From the NCBI GenBank assembly GCA_003558065.1, contig PWMU01000171.1, forward strand, positions 277 to 64,276: a DNA stretch of 64,000 nt. Reading direction: 5' to 3'. Of the stretch, positions 1-9,335 are shown one piece after another. Below the pieces are notes generated by a model, which had not been told where the DNA came from, searched no databases, and saw only the letters and a program-made list of their open reading frames with translations. Position numbers and translations under genes: made by a program. The stretch is from Opitutia bacterium. GTDB taxonomy: Bacteria; Verrucomicrobiota; Verrucomicrobiia; Opitutales; T3Sed10-336. Every line of letters begins with the position of its first letter. Within the stretch, counting starts at the first letter, position 1.

Positions 1-451
1 CGCAGTTTTCACAGACGCCGAAAAACTCCAGCATATGAGACACGTTCCGGTAGCCGCGGTTGTGAACGAGACGCTCCAGGCCGTCGACCACGCAGACATC
101 TATCGTCTCAACCTTCCGGCAGGAGGTGCAGATGATGTGGTGATGGTGATCGCCGCCGACGATGAATTCGAACAGACTGGAGCCGTCCGGAAAGAAACAG
201 CGCCGCACGATGCCGATTTTTTCAAAGGCCCCGATACAGCGGTAAACAGTGGCAAGGTCGCAATTGCGGTCGCTGACCCGGCGATGAATGTCTTCTATCT
301 TGATCGGCCCTTTTTCGCTGATGAGGGCTTTCAGGATGGCGATTCGGGGTTGGGTGACGCGATGGCCGGACTTCTTCAGCATAGCCACAGCCTCTTCAAG
401 GAGGCGGTCGTCATCCCGGTTGATTTCCTCTTTCGACATCAGCGGATTCAT
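1..451 (-). CDS. Fur-family metal-responsive transcriptional regulator (C-terminal end runs off the window)
   Basis: This gene is absent from the ORF track because it is cut by the window edge. My reverse-strand translation from the ATG at 451 reads MNPLMSKEEINRDDDRLLEEAVAMLKKSGHRVTQPRIAILKALISEKGPIKIEDIHRRV...VGGDHHHHIICTSCRKVETIDVCVV...FFGVCENC. It shows a winged-helix N-domain plus a His cluster and CxxC pairs, as in Fur/Zur/PerR. The listed + ORF 35..460 is its antisense shadow. Confidence 0.8.
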   Translation of the reverse strand, partial: MNPLMSKEEINRDDDRLLEEAVAMLKKSGHRVTQPRIAILKALISEKGPIKIEDIHRRVSDRNCDLATVYRCIGAFEKIGIVRRCFFPDGSSLFEFIVGGDHHHHIICTSCRKVETIDVCVVDGLERLVHNRGYRNVSHMLEFFGVCENC

Positions 452-588
452 CGTTCTTGATTTAGAGTCAGAAACCACCTTTATTCGGGGTGCCTTGAGA
501 TTGCAAACCAATTGTAGTAACCGTGGAGCGGCGGATGCGGGCCCGGCGGGCCTTTACTGCCAACTCGGATTGTGCTAGCTTTTCATCA

Positions 589-1038
589 ATGCAGTGCAGC
601 AATTTTTCAGAAGTCCTCGATCTGATTCGTCAGGAAGACGCCCGATTCGAGAGGAATGCCTACTATTTCGTCCGGCAGGCGCTGGACTACACGCTGAAGG
701 AGCATGCCGGCAACCCCGAGCGCACGTCGCGCCACGTTTCCGGTCAGGAACTCCTTGAGGGAATCCGGGTTTATGCGCTGGACCAGTACGGCCCCATGAC
801 CCTCACCGTGCTGCACAGCTGGAATATTCGCGAGTGCGGGGACTTTGGGGAAATAGTATTCCAGCTGGTGGAATACGGCGTCCTGGGAAAGACCGAACAG
901 GACAGCAAGGAGGATTTCGACTCCGTCTACGACTTCGAGGAAGCGTTTTCATATCCTTATCTTCCGGAAAAGAAACGGCGGGCCTTGCAATCGAAACGGG
1001 CCCGTGAGACCAAGAGGAAGAATATCGACGCAAACTGA
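589..1038 (+). CDS. Conserved hypothetical protein resembling the PVC-restricted Minf_1886 / TIGR04138-type family
   Basis: This lies in ORF 523..1038. I chose the internal ATG (M23: MQCSNFSEVLDLIRQEDARFERNAYYFVRQALDYTLKE...). The protein has a basic K/R-rich tail. The family assignment rests on my recall of the YYFVRqALdYT motif and was not searched. Confidence 0.55.
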   Translation: MQCSNFSEVLDLIRQEDARFERNAYYFVRQALDYTLKEHAGNPERTSRHVSGQELLEGIRVYALDQYGPMTLTVLHSWNIRECGDFGEIVFQLVEYGVLGKTEQDSKEDFDSVYDFEEAFSYPYLPEKKRRALQSKRARETKRKNIDAN

Positions 1039-1055
1039 GTTTCCGGGAAGTACCT

Positions 1056-3626
1056 ATGACGAGATCCTATATGGCCGGGGCCGATGCCGAGCGGCTCCTG
1101 CAACCCTTTTTCAGCGAAGAGATCGACCGTACAACGCTCGACAACGGCCTGGTGGCCATCGTCAAGCCCGACACCTCCGCAGCCCTCGTGTCAGTCCAGG
1201 CCTGGGTGAAAACCGGGAGCATCCATGAGGGGGACTTTCTCGGATCGGGGCTTTCCCATTACCTGGAACACATGCTGTTCAAGGGAACCCGCAAGCGTTT
1301 GGGGCCCGAGATTGCCGCCGAGGTGCAGAAACACGGCGGCAATATGAACGCGTACACGACGTTTGACCGGACCGTTTATTACATCGACATCCCCAGCGAG
1401 TATTTCGAGGTGGCGCTCGACGTTCTGGCCGACGCCGTCTTCGACGCGACCATTCCGCCGGACGAAGCGGTCGGGGAGCGCGACGTCATCCTGCGGGAAA
1501 TCGACATGGGCCTCGACGATCCCGACCGGACCCTGACCCAAACCCTGTTTTCGACCGCCTTTCGCGAGCATCCCTACCGCTATCCGGTAATCGGGTACCG
1601 TGACGTTTTCGAGTCGGTTACCCACGAGGACCTGCTGGGCTATTACCGGTCGCGCTACCTGCCGAACAACCTGGCGCTGATCGTTGCCGGGGATGTCGAG
1701 GCGGACGCCGCCCGGGAGCGGATTGAGCATCACTTCGGCGGCTTTAACCGCCGGAAGCTATCGCCGGTTCTGAATCCGTTCGAGCCCGAGCAGGTGGCGC
1801 GGCGCGACGCCGACCTTTACCGGGACGTCAACGTCTCCCGCTGCACGCTCGCCTTCAAGATTCCCGGACTGTTTCACCGGGATGCCCCGGGGCTCGATAT
1901 CCTTGCGGCGGTGCTCGGGAACGGGAAGAGTTCGGTGCTCTGGAAGCGGCTGCGGGACGGGAAGCAACTAGTGCACGAAATCGACGCCATGACCTGGAAG
2001 CCGGGCGGCGGCGGCTTGCTCGGGATCTCGTTCACGGCGGACCCGGACAAACGCGAGCGTGCCTCCGAAGCCGTCCTGGAAACGATCGAATCCACACTCC
2101 GCGACGGCCTGGACGACGGCGCGGTGAACAAGGCGGTCCGGCAGGCGCTGGTTTCGGAGATCAATGTCCGCAAGACGGTCAGCGGACAGGCCTCCCGCCT
2201 GGGGGTGGCCGAGGTGGTCGCGGGCGATATCGGATTTTCCCGCGCCTATTTTCGGCGTCTGGCCGACGTAAGCGCCGGCGAACTGGGCGAGCTGGGGCGC
2301 CACTACCTGCAGCCCGGGAAAATGACCGCGGTTTCGTTGAATCCGGAGTCCGCGCGTCCCGCCGCTCGGAAAGGGAAACACGGGCAGGCGGCGCCGGTTG
2401 CCTTTGAAGAGGAGACATTCGCGAACGGCGCGCGTCTCCTGTTTCACCACAACGCCAAATTGCCCAACGTGCATGTCCGCCTGATCTGTTTGGGCGGCGG
2501 GAGTTACGAGTCCCCGGAAAAGAGGGGAGTCACCGCGCTCCTGGCCGCCTTGATGACCCGGGATACCGAGAAGCGTTCGGCCGAGGAGGTGTCCGAGGAG
2601 ATCGAATCGGTGGGGGGCGCTTTTTCCGAATTCTGCGGGAACAACACCTTCGGCGTGTCCCTGGAATTTCTTCCAGACGACTTCGACATCGCCCTCGATT
2701 TGCTCGACCAGGCCGTGTGCCATCCGGTGTTTCAGGAGGACACCTTTCGGCGCGAGAAGGCCGCCCAGCTCAGTTCCCTCAAGGAGGAGCTGGACGAGAT
2801 CCTGTTCTACGGGATGAAGCGGCTGCGGGAACGGTTTTTCGGCGATCATCCCCTGTGTATCGAGGAATCCGGTACGACGGAAACCATTCCGGCGATCGAA
2901 CTCGGCGACCTGGTCGCCCAATACCGGCGGCTGGTGGTGCCGGCGAACCTGGTTCTGTCCGTGGCCGGGGACCTCGCGGATTCAAAGGTTGTCGATGAAC
3001 TCCGGGCCTTCCTGAAAAGCCTCCCGTCCGCCCCGTTCGAACGCGGCGCGTCCGAATTCGGCGGGCCGCCCGAGCCCGGCGGTTTTTCGGAATCGCTCCG
3101 CCGGCAGCAGGCCGTGGTATTGCAGGGGTTCCCGGATTGCGGCGTGGCGGACGAGACGTTTCCGGCGGGCGAGGTGCTCGACGAGCTCTTCAGCGGCATG
3201 TCGAGCCGTCTGTTCGAGCGCGTGCGCGAGGAACTGGGGCTGGCTTATTACGTCGGTTCGGGCCGGGTTTCCGGAATCCATGAAGGCATGTTCTTTCTCT
3301 ATGCAGGCACCCATCCGGAGAAAGCAGGGGAAGTGACCCGCGAGATGGACGCTGAGATTCGCCGGGTGCGGGAAGGCGGGGTGACCCCCGAGGAACTGGA
3401 GCGCTGCCGGGTCCGCATCAAGGCGCGCAAGCGCATGAGCCTGCAGACCAACAGTACGCGCGCCATGATCGCCGGACTCAACGCGACCTACGGGCTTCCG
3501 GTCAACCACTGGCTGCAGCAGGATGCCAAAATCGACGCCGTCACCCTGGAGAATCTCCAGGCGTTCGCCAAGCGTCACCTGCAACCCGAAAAGCGCGTCG
3601 CCCTCACCATCGGCCCGAACGGTTGA
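1056..3626 (+). CDS. M16 (pitrilysin/insulinase) family zinc peptidase with two fused M16 units
   Basis: 856 aa. The inverted zinc motif HxxEH appears in GLSHYLEHMLFKG, with a downstream Glu region ERDVILREI. A second M16-like half starts near aa 440. Confidence 0.9.
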   Translation: MTRSYMAGADAERLLQPFFSEEIDRTTLDNGLVAIVKPDTSAALVSVQAWVKTGSIHEGDFLGSGLSHYLEHMLFKGTRKRLGPEIAAEVQKHGGNMNAYTTFDRTVYYIDIPSEYFEVALDVLADAVFDATIPPDEAVGERDVILREIDMGLDDPDRTLTQTLFSTAFREHPYRYPVIGYRDVFESVTHEDLLGYYRSRYLPNNLALIVAGDVEADAARERIEHHFGGFNRRKLSPVLNPFEPEQVARRDADLYRDVNVSRCTLAFKIPGLFHRDAPGLDILAAVLGNGKSSVLWKRLRDGKQLVHEIDAMTWKPGGGGLLGISFTADPDKRERASEAVLETIESTLRDGLDDGAVNKAVRQALVSEINVRKTVSGQASRLGVAEVVAGDIGFSRAYFRRLADVSAGELGELGRHYLQPGKMTAVSLNPESARPAARKGKHGQAAPVAFEEETFANGARLLFHHNAKLPNVHVRLICLGGGSYESPEKRGVTALLAALMTRDTEKRSAEEVSEEIESVGGAFSEFCGNNTFGVSLEFLPDDFDIALDLLDQAVCHPVFQEDTFRREKAAQLSSLKEELDEILFYGMKRLRERFFGDHPLCIEESGTTETIPAIELGDLVAQYRRLVVPANLVLSVAGDLADSKVVDELRAFLKSLPSAPFERGASEFGGPPEPGGFSESLRRQQAVVLQGFPDCGVADETFPAGEVLDELFSGMSSRLFERVREELGLAYYVGSGRVSGIHEGMFFLYAGTHPEKAGEVTREMDAEIRRVREGGVTPEELERCRVRIKARKRMSLQTNSTRAMIAGLNATYGLPVNHWLQQDAKIDAVTLENLQAFAKRHLQPEKRVALTIGPNG

Positions 3627-4657
3627 GCCGTGAATGCCTTCCGGCCGTGAGCTTGAGTTTCCACAGGGGGTTTTTTGCGAACGGCATCTTTCGGTACGGT
3701 TTTCTTCTGGGGGTGATTCTTGCGCTGGTGCTCGCGGGATTATTCCCGGAGCCCGGGGCGCCGGGGGGCTGGCTCAGAACCGAATGGACGACCGGCCTGT
3801 GCGTCTTTCTGATATTTCTGATCCAGGGGTTGATTCTGCCGACGGATGTCCTGTGGCGGGGACTCCTGCAATGGCGTTTGCACGTTTATGTTCATGGATT
3901 CCTGTTTCTGCTGTTTCCGGTCATCGCCTTGGCGATTGATTTCGTCCTGGGCGAGAAGCTCGGCTGGCTGAATCCGAATGTCCGCCTCGGATTCCTCTTC
4001 CTGGCGATCCTTCCAACCACGATTTCCACGTGTGTGGCGTTTACGGCGGCGGCGCGGGGAAACGTTCCCGGGGCGCTTTTTAACGCTACCGTTTCCAATG
4101 TGGCGGCGATCGTGATCGTGCCGGTCTGGATTTTCTGGATTTCGGGGAAGGGAATGGAAGGGAACGCGGGGCTGTCGATGATCGGCGATATCGCGGTGCT
4201 CGTCCTGCTGCCCCTGGCCCTGGGACAGGTCCTCCGGCCGTGGCTGAAGGGGGCGGCGGAACGGCGGCAAGCCCGTTTGCGCCGCCTCACCAACGCCGCC
4301 ATTCTCTTTATCCTCTACGCGGCGTTCGCCCGGTCGGTCGCCTCCGGATTCTGGGCGCAGGACCAGACGGGCGCTGTCATCTCCGTTTTTCTGCTCGTTC
4401 TGGCCGGTTTTGTCCTGATGCACGTGCTGGCCTGGCAGGGGGCCGGGCTGCTTCGGTTCTCCAGGGAAGACCGCCTGGCCGCTTTTTTCTGCGCTCCCCA
4501 GAAATCGCTCGCCATGGGGATCCCCATGGGCCAGCTCCTGTTCGCCGATCGCCCGGACCTCAGTCTGATCCTGCTGCCGCTGATGGTCTATCACGCGGTT
4601 CAGTTGCTGGCCGGCGGCTATGTCGTGAGCCGGGTTGGAGGAGGAAGCTCAACCTGA
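3623..4657 (+). CDS. Bile acid:Na+ symporter superfamily permease (YfeH/SBF-like)
   Basis: 344 aa and polytopic (for example FLAILPTTISTCVAFTAAARGN, VIVPVWIFW). The TTG start at 3623 overlaps the M16 stop. GTG 3647 and TTG 3653 are alternative starts, and there is no early internal ATG. Confidence 0.7.
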   Translation: MSRECLPAVSLSFHRGFFANGIFRYGFLLGVILALVLAGLFPEPGAPGGWLRTEWTTGLCVFLIFLIQGLILPTDVLWRGLLQWRLHVYVHGFLFLLFPVIALAIDFVLGEKLGWLNPNVRLGFLFLAILPTTISTCVAFTAAARGNVPGALFNATVSNVAAIVIVPVWIFWISGKGMEGNAGLSMIGDIAVLVLLPLALGQVLRPWLKGAAERRQARLRRLTNAAILFILYAAFARSVASGFWAQDQTGAVISVFLLVLAGFVLMHVLAWQGAGLLRFSREDRLAAFFCAPQKSLAMGIPMGQLLFADRPDLSLILLPLMVYHAVQLLAGGYVVSRVGGGSST

Positions 4658-4729
4658 AAAAAGCGGCTGGAACGCCATTGTACGGATCAACATGGAGAAT
4701 CGGCCGGGGAGTCTTACTATACCTCCCTG

Positions 4730-4834
4730 CATCAAGTTTTCGGATTCTCCTGCCGCCCGTCTTCTAATTCATTCCCCTCTTGAGAGGGGGGCCAGCCGCA
4801 AGGCTGGTGGGGTGTGTTTTCCGAAAACCTGATG
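4730..4834. repeat. MITE-like intergenic element, copy 1 (about 105 bp, 15-bp imperfect terminal inverted repeats, two internal hairpins)
   Basis: The left end is CATCAAGTTTTCGGA. The reverse complement of the right end is CATCAGGTTTTCGGA (14 of 15 match). Internal hairpins are CCCCTC-ttga-GAGGGG (4774-4789) and CCAGCC-gcaa-GGCTGG (4792-4807). It is homologous to 60548..60649 in the opposite orientation. Confidence 0.8.
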
Positions 4835-4846
4835 ACGTGCAGTATA

Positions 4847-6880
4847 TCAATCCAGCTTTTCCGTCTGCCGTTCCCCGTCGGCGTTCGTGCCGTTCCACTC
4901 GTTGTAGCCCCCGCCCTTTCGGTCGCCGAACCGGATGACCACCTCGTCGCTGTAGCCGTTCTCCCATTTCAAGAGGACCTTTACGGAGTCCCGAGCCTGT
5001 TCGACGCTTTTTTCGACGAGCGGCAGTTCGACGCCCGGGAAGGGCGCCAGCAGAGTGGCGCGGAACCAGTTGCCCGCCGACTTCCCCGAGAAACTCAACC
5101 AGGGCGCGGGCTGTTTGACGCCGTAGCGGGGCGAGTACCAGCCGTCCATTACCTGTGGCGTGGCCGTGTCGCCCAGGGGAATGATCGCGAGATTGGCGTC
5201 GGGATAACGGGTCTGAAAACCGGGGTGATCGTCCACGCCGACAAGCTCTCCCGGCATGAAGTGCCAGTTCTGGGCAAACTCGAACTCCGTTGCCTCGGGC
5301 CCGCGGACCCGGTCCGCCACGATCCAATAGGCGTCGCGAATCATCACCACCTGGCGTTCATGGATAACGTCGCCGTTGTCGCCCGCAACCAGATGGCTGT
5401 AGCCGTCGTGCCAGGCGTGGACGACCTTCAGATTTCCCCCGAGCTTTTTCCGTGCGAGAGACTGCCGGGGATTCGCTGTCTGGTTTTCGCCGTTGAGAGA
5501 CACGGTATTCTGGAACGGCGTGCTGACGAACAACTCGCGGAATCCTCCCTCGTCGTGGTACCGGTAACGCCCCGGCATAACCATCAGCGGGCGTCCGTAC
5601 GCGGCGAGGTCGACACTGAGGCAGCGCAGGCCGCCGCGGCCCCGCGGTCCGAAGTCGAACATCAGCCAACGCGCGTCGCGTCCGTCTTCCCACGGGCTCC
5701 GCAGAAGAGCGAAACCGCCCTCGGTGAAAACGCGGTCCCGCCAGGCGGGCGCCTCCCCCTCCTCTCCATGCGTCGCGAGATACAGGAGATCCGGACGGTT
5801 CAGGTCGTTCGACCAGGTTGACAACCGCTCGCGCATCGGATCGTTGTCGGAATCGCCGAATTGGGGAATGGAGTGATCGGGACGGGTGTAGGCCGCCGCA
5901 AAATCGAGCATCCGGTCGCCGTGCGCGAGCAGTTCCTCGGGCATCGAATCGCCGCGGAGTTCCAGAATCCGGTTGAACGTGTGAAACTCTCTGAGGATCA
6001 CGTTGTGGTAGTGGGGGCTGCGCCCCCGGTACACGCCGTCCGGATAAGTGGCGGCGGCGAAGTGGCGGTTGAGAACGGTGCGCGCGTCGTCCCTCCATTG
6101 CCCCGCCTCCCTGAACTCGGGGAAGTAAGTGCCGGCCTGGAGGGTTCCCTGTGCCTCCATCGCGCCCCAATTGCCCCGCCGATAGCCGTCGATACCCCGC
6201 GAGTTCAGGGATTCGGCCATGTCGCGCAGGTTGACAAGAAAGATCGCCAGAACCTCGGGTGTGAACCGCTCGGACCGCACGGCGACAGGAAAGAGCCGCA
6301 CCCAATGCTGGAGGCGCAATCCCGTTTCGAGAGTGCGTGGATGATCGGCGTCGACCTGGCGGTCCCACTCCCGCATCTGGTAGACGAACTCCTCCATGTA
6401 ACGCTCGTCCCCGGAGCGGCGAAAGCCTTCCACCAGCGTCCGGAAATGGGTGTGACGGTGAAACATGTAGCCCCACTCGCGATCGTAGATTGTCTTTCTC
6501 CAATCGATACCGTCGTCGAATGTCACGGTTTCCCGTTCGAAGGTGAACCGGTGGGCCATCGCCGCTTCGAGGGTCGTGGTGTCGTGGGTCTCCTCTTCGA
6601 TCTCATCCAGGTTTCGCAAGGGTTCTTCGGGATTGAAATGATAGGCGATCTCCCGGCTCCGGTAATGGCTCAGGAGCGCGTCGAGCGCCTCGGCGGGGCG
6701 GTCCGCACTTTGCGCCACCGCATCGAGGCCCGGCTGTTCGAGATCGAGGAGTGAGAGGATCCGGTTCATGGCATCAGCGGGTTTCCCGGCTGCCGAAAGA
6801 TCGGCGATTCCGGCAAAGAGCAGGCATCCCGGGAGCAGCAGGGTCGAGGCGAGGCGGGGGAACAGGCGTTGGACGTTCAT
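4847..6880 (-). CDS. Secreted heparinase II/III-like / alginate-lyase-like polysaccharide lyase family protein
   Basis: 677 aa with a signal peptide (MNVQRLFPRLASTLLLPGCLLFAGIADLSAA). Segments such as RGNWGAMEAQG and SPHYHNVILREF recall the heparinase II/III family. The assignment is by recall only. Confidence 0.55.
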   Translation of the reverse strand: MNVQRLFPRLASTLLLPGCLLFAGIADLSAAGKPADAMNRILSLLDLEQPGLDAVAQSADRPAEALDALLSHYRSREIAYHFNPEEPLRNLDEIEEETHDTTTLEAAMAHRFTFERETVTFDDGIDWRKTIYDREWGYMFHRHTHFRTLVEGFRRSGDERYMEEFVYQMREWDRQVDADHPRTLETGLRLQHWVRLFPVAVRSERFTPEVLAIFLVNLRDMAESLNSRGIDGYRRGNWGAMEAQGTLQAGTYFPEFREAGQWRDDARTVLNRHFAAATYPDGVYRGRSPHYHNVILREFHTFNRILELRGDSMPEELLAHGDRMLDFAAAYTRPDHSIPQFGDSDNDPMRERLSTWSNDLNRPDLLYLATHGEEGEAPAWRDRVFTEGGFALLRSPWEDGRDARWLMFDFGPRGRGGLRCLSVDLAAYGRPLMVMPGRYRYHDEGGFRELFVSTPFQNTVSLNGENQTANPRQSLARKKLGGNLKVVHAWHDGYSHLVAGDNGDVIHERQVVMIRDAYWIVADRVRGPEATEFEFAQNWHFMPGELVGVDDHPGFQTRYPDANLAIIPLGDTATPQVMDGWYSPRYGVKQPAPWLSFSGKSAGNWFRATLLAPFPGVELPLVEKSVEQARDSVKVLLKWENGYSDEVVIRFGDRKGGGYNEWNGTNADGERQTEKLD

Positions 6881-6961
6881 GAATCAGGTGCCGGGACGGC
6901 GGGGGTTTAAAGGCTGTGGGGTTTCCGTTCCAGGGGATCCGATGCGGTCGCTCCAACCAGC

Positions 6962-8908
6962 TCACTTGTACAGGAGTTCGGAGTGATTGGGGGCCTTTTT
7001 CAGGGCTCGCCAGCGATTGAGGATTTTTTCGAAAATCCGGTCGGGCGAGAGACCGTTGGCTTCCCGCAATTCCTCGGCGCTCGAGCCGTGACTCACGAAG
7101 CGGTCCGGCCAGCCGATCCTCTCCACCGGGATCGTTGCGTGGGCCTCGCTGAGTTCTTCGAGTACGGCGCTTCCAAAGCCGCCGCTGAGCGCGTGGTCTT
7201 CCAGGGTGACGATTAACGAGGCCTCCCCGGCGTGTTGCTTGAGCAACGTCACGTCGATGGGTTTGGCAAATCTCGCGTTGACGACGCCGACTGTTATGCC
7301 CGCCTCCCCGCTGATCCGGTCGGCGGCGGTCAGGGCGTCGGCGGTCATGGGGCCCAGGGCCCAGATCACGATATCGCTTCCGTCGCGCAGGACTTCGGCC
7401 TTGCCGAGTTTCAGCCTGGCGGGCCGTTTCTTGACAGGCACTCCCCGGGCGGGGCCGCGGGGGTACCGGAGAAAGGTCGGAGTGGGGGTGTGGATCGAGG
7501 TATAAAGCATGTCGACCAGTTCGTCCTCGTCTTTGGGCTGCATCAGGGTCGCGTTCGGCACGCAGCGAAGGTAGGCGATGTCGAACAGGCCGTGGTGCGT
7601 CGCTCCGTCGTTGGGAGACACCCCGGCCCGGTCCAGGGCAAAGGTAACCGGGAGGTTCTGAAGGCAGATGTCGTGGATGATCGGGTCGTAGGCCCGCTGC
7701 AAAAAGGTGGAATAGATGGCACAAACCGGGTGCATTCCCCGCGCGGCCAGACCGCCCGCGAACAGGACGGCATGTTCCTCGGCGATGCCCACATCGAAAT
7801 ACTGGGACGGAAACTCGTCCCGCAGGGGGGCGAGACCGGTTCCGCCGGGCATGGCGGCCGTGATACCGGCCAGGGTCGGCATTTCGCGGGCGAATCGCAC
7901 CATGGCCCCGCCGAACACATCCTGGTAGGCGGGGGCGGGATTCGTTTTGGATGACTTTCCCCTGCCGGTGGACAGGTCGAACGCACTGGTGCCGTGAAAG
8001 CGCTCCGGGTGGTCGAGAGCCGCGTCATAGCCCTTGCCTTTCTTGGTCAGCACGTGCACCACGATCGGCTGGTCCGATTTTTTCGCGAAATGGAGGTTCT
8101 TGTGGAGCAATTCCAGATCATGACCGTCGAAGGGCCCGAGGTACCGGAGACCGTATTTTTCGAAAATGCAGGAGGGGACGAAGAAATTCTTCGCGCTCTG
8201 TTTGGTCCTCGAGCCCATTCGCCGCAGGGACTCCCCCCCGGGGAGGTGCTTGAGGAACGATTCGAGATCGTGGTGGACCCGGTTGTAAACGGGGTTGGTG
8301 ATCAACTCGTTCAGGTAACTCGCCATCGCCCCGACGTTCTTGTCGATGGACCACTCGTTGTCGTTGAGGACAACGATGAGACGATTGGTGTTGGCGGTGA
8401 TGTTGTTCAGCGCCTCCATCGTGATCCCGCACGTCAGGGCCGCATCGCCGATCACCGCGACGACGTGCTCCTTTGAGCCGAGATGGTCGCGGGCCGTCGC
8501 CAGGCCGAGAGCCGCCGACAGCGCGGTCCCGGCATGACCCGCCCCCCAGATGTCGTGAGGACTTTCCTCCCGGGTGAGGAAGCCGCTGTAGCCGCCGCTC
8601 TTGCGGATTCGGTCAAACCGCGGATCCTGCCGCCCGGTCAGCAGTTTATGGACGTAACCCTGATGGGAAACGTCGAAGACGAATTTGTCCTTCGGCGTGG
8701 TGAAGGTCCGGTGAAGGGCGAGCGTCAGCTCCACCACGCCGAGATTCGGCCCGACGTGCCCGCCGTTGACCGAAGTGACTCCCAGAATGCGGGCGCGAAT
8801 TTCCTCGGCGAGACGGGGAAGCTCTTCGAATGGGATCTTTTTCAGGTCATCGGGACCGGCGATGCCGGAGAGAAGGGACCCGTCGGATGGCTGAGGCGTC
8901 TTGGACAT
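6962..8908 (-). CDS. dxs: 1-deoxy-D-xylulose-5-phosphate synthase
   Basis: Typical Dxs sequence throughout (GHVGPNLGVVELTLALH, the TPP-binding GDGA-like IGDAALTCG, transketolase-like C-terminal domains). The ORF track starts at TTG 8914. The first ATG is at 8908 (MSKTPQPS...). Confidence 0.95.
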   Translation of the reverse strand: MSKTPQPSDGSLLSGIAGPDDLKKIPFEELPRLAEEIRARILGVTSVNGGHVGPNLGVVELTLALHRTFTTPKDKFVFDVSHQGYVHKLLTGRQDPRFDRIRKSGGYSGFLTREESPHDIWGAGHAGTALSAALGLATARDHLGSKEHVVAVIGDAALTCGITMEALNNITANTNRLIVVLNDNEWSIDKNVGAMASYLNELITNPVYNRVHHDLESFLKHLPGGESLRRMGSRTKQSAKNFFVPSCIFEKYGLRYLGPFDGHDLELLHKNLHFAKKSDQPIVVHVLTKKGKGYDAALDHPERFHGTSAFDLSTGRGKSSKTNPAPAYQDVFGGAMVRFAREMPTLAGITAAMPGGTGLAPLRDEFPSQYFDVGIAEEHAVLFAGGLAARGMHPVCAIYSTFLQRAYDPIIHDICLQNLPVTFALDRAGVSPNDGATHHGLFDIAYLRCVPNATLMQPKDEDELVDMLYTSIHTPTPTFLRYPRGPARGVPVKKRPARLKLGKAEVLRDGSDIVIWALGPMTADALTAADRISGEAGITVGVVNARFAKPIDVTLLKQHAGEASLIVTLEDHALSGGFGSAVLEELSEAHATIPVERIGWPDRFVSHGSSAEELREANGLSPDRIFEKILNRWRALKKAPNHSELLYK

Positions 8909-8947
8909 GGTCAATGGTGTGCGTTCGTCGGGTGCCCGGAGGGAGAA

Positions 8948-9205
8948 CTATTCCTCCCTGTCCGGGTCAAAATCGCTGTATTCCGCTTCGTCTCCCGGCT
9001 GCTTTTTCAGGAGTTCGATCTTCAGTTCAGCGTCCCGGAGGCGTTTCTCGCACAACTTGAGAAGCTTGTTGCCCTCTTCGTAACGGGTGATCAGTTCGGC
9101 GAGGGGAACATCTCCCTGTTCCATGGTTTCCACGATCGATTCGAGCTTCTCAAGGGCTTTTTCGAAACTTAAATCGCTGTTGTTTTTTCGCTCTGCTTTG
9201 GACAC
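8948..9205 (-). CDS. xseB: Exodeoxyribonuclease VII small subunit
   Basis: 85 aa with a GTG start. LSFEKALEKLESIVETMEQGDVPLAELITRYEEGNKLLKLCEKRL is the classic XseB helical hairpin. It lies directly upstream of dxs. Confidence 0.9.
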   Translation of the reverse strand: MSKAERKNNSDLSFEKALEKLESIVETMEQGDVPLAELITRYEEGNKLLKLCEKRLRDAELKIELLKKQPGDEAEYSDFDPDREE

Positions 9206-9335
9206 ACTTGCATTTTGGCAGGCACAGTTCCGTTTTCAAACTAATCCTGCAAAACATTTCAAAAATTACGCTCACCTGAACCCAGCCATGGCCTACCTGG
9301 ACGAACCCAACGTGATCAGCGGGAAACGCGGTCGA

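Noticed and set aside
35-460. Listed + strand ORF of 141 aa
   Set aside because: It is the antisense shadow of the Fur-family gene on the minus strand. Its composition is Ala/Asp/Val-rich with no recognisable motif, whereas the opposite frame gives a textbook Fur sequence.
8909-8947. xseB directly abutting dxs without the ispA gene found between them in the E. coli-type operon
   Set aside because: The observation is real, but gene order varies widely among phyla and ispA is probably encoded elsewhere. It is not evidence of anything unusual.
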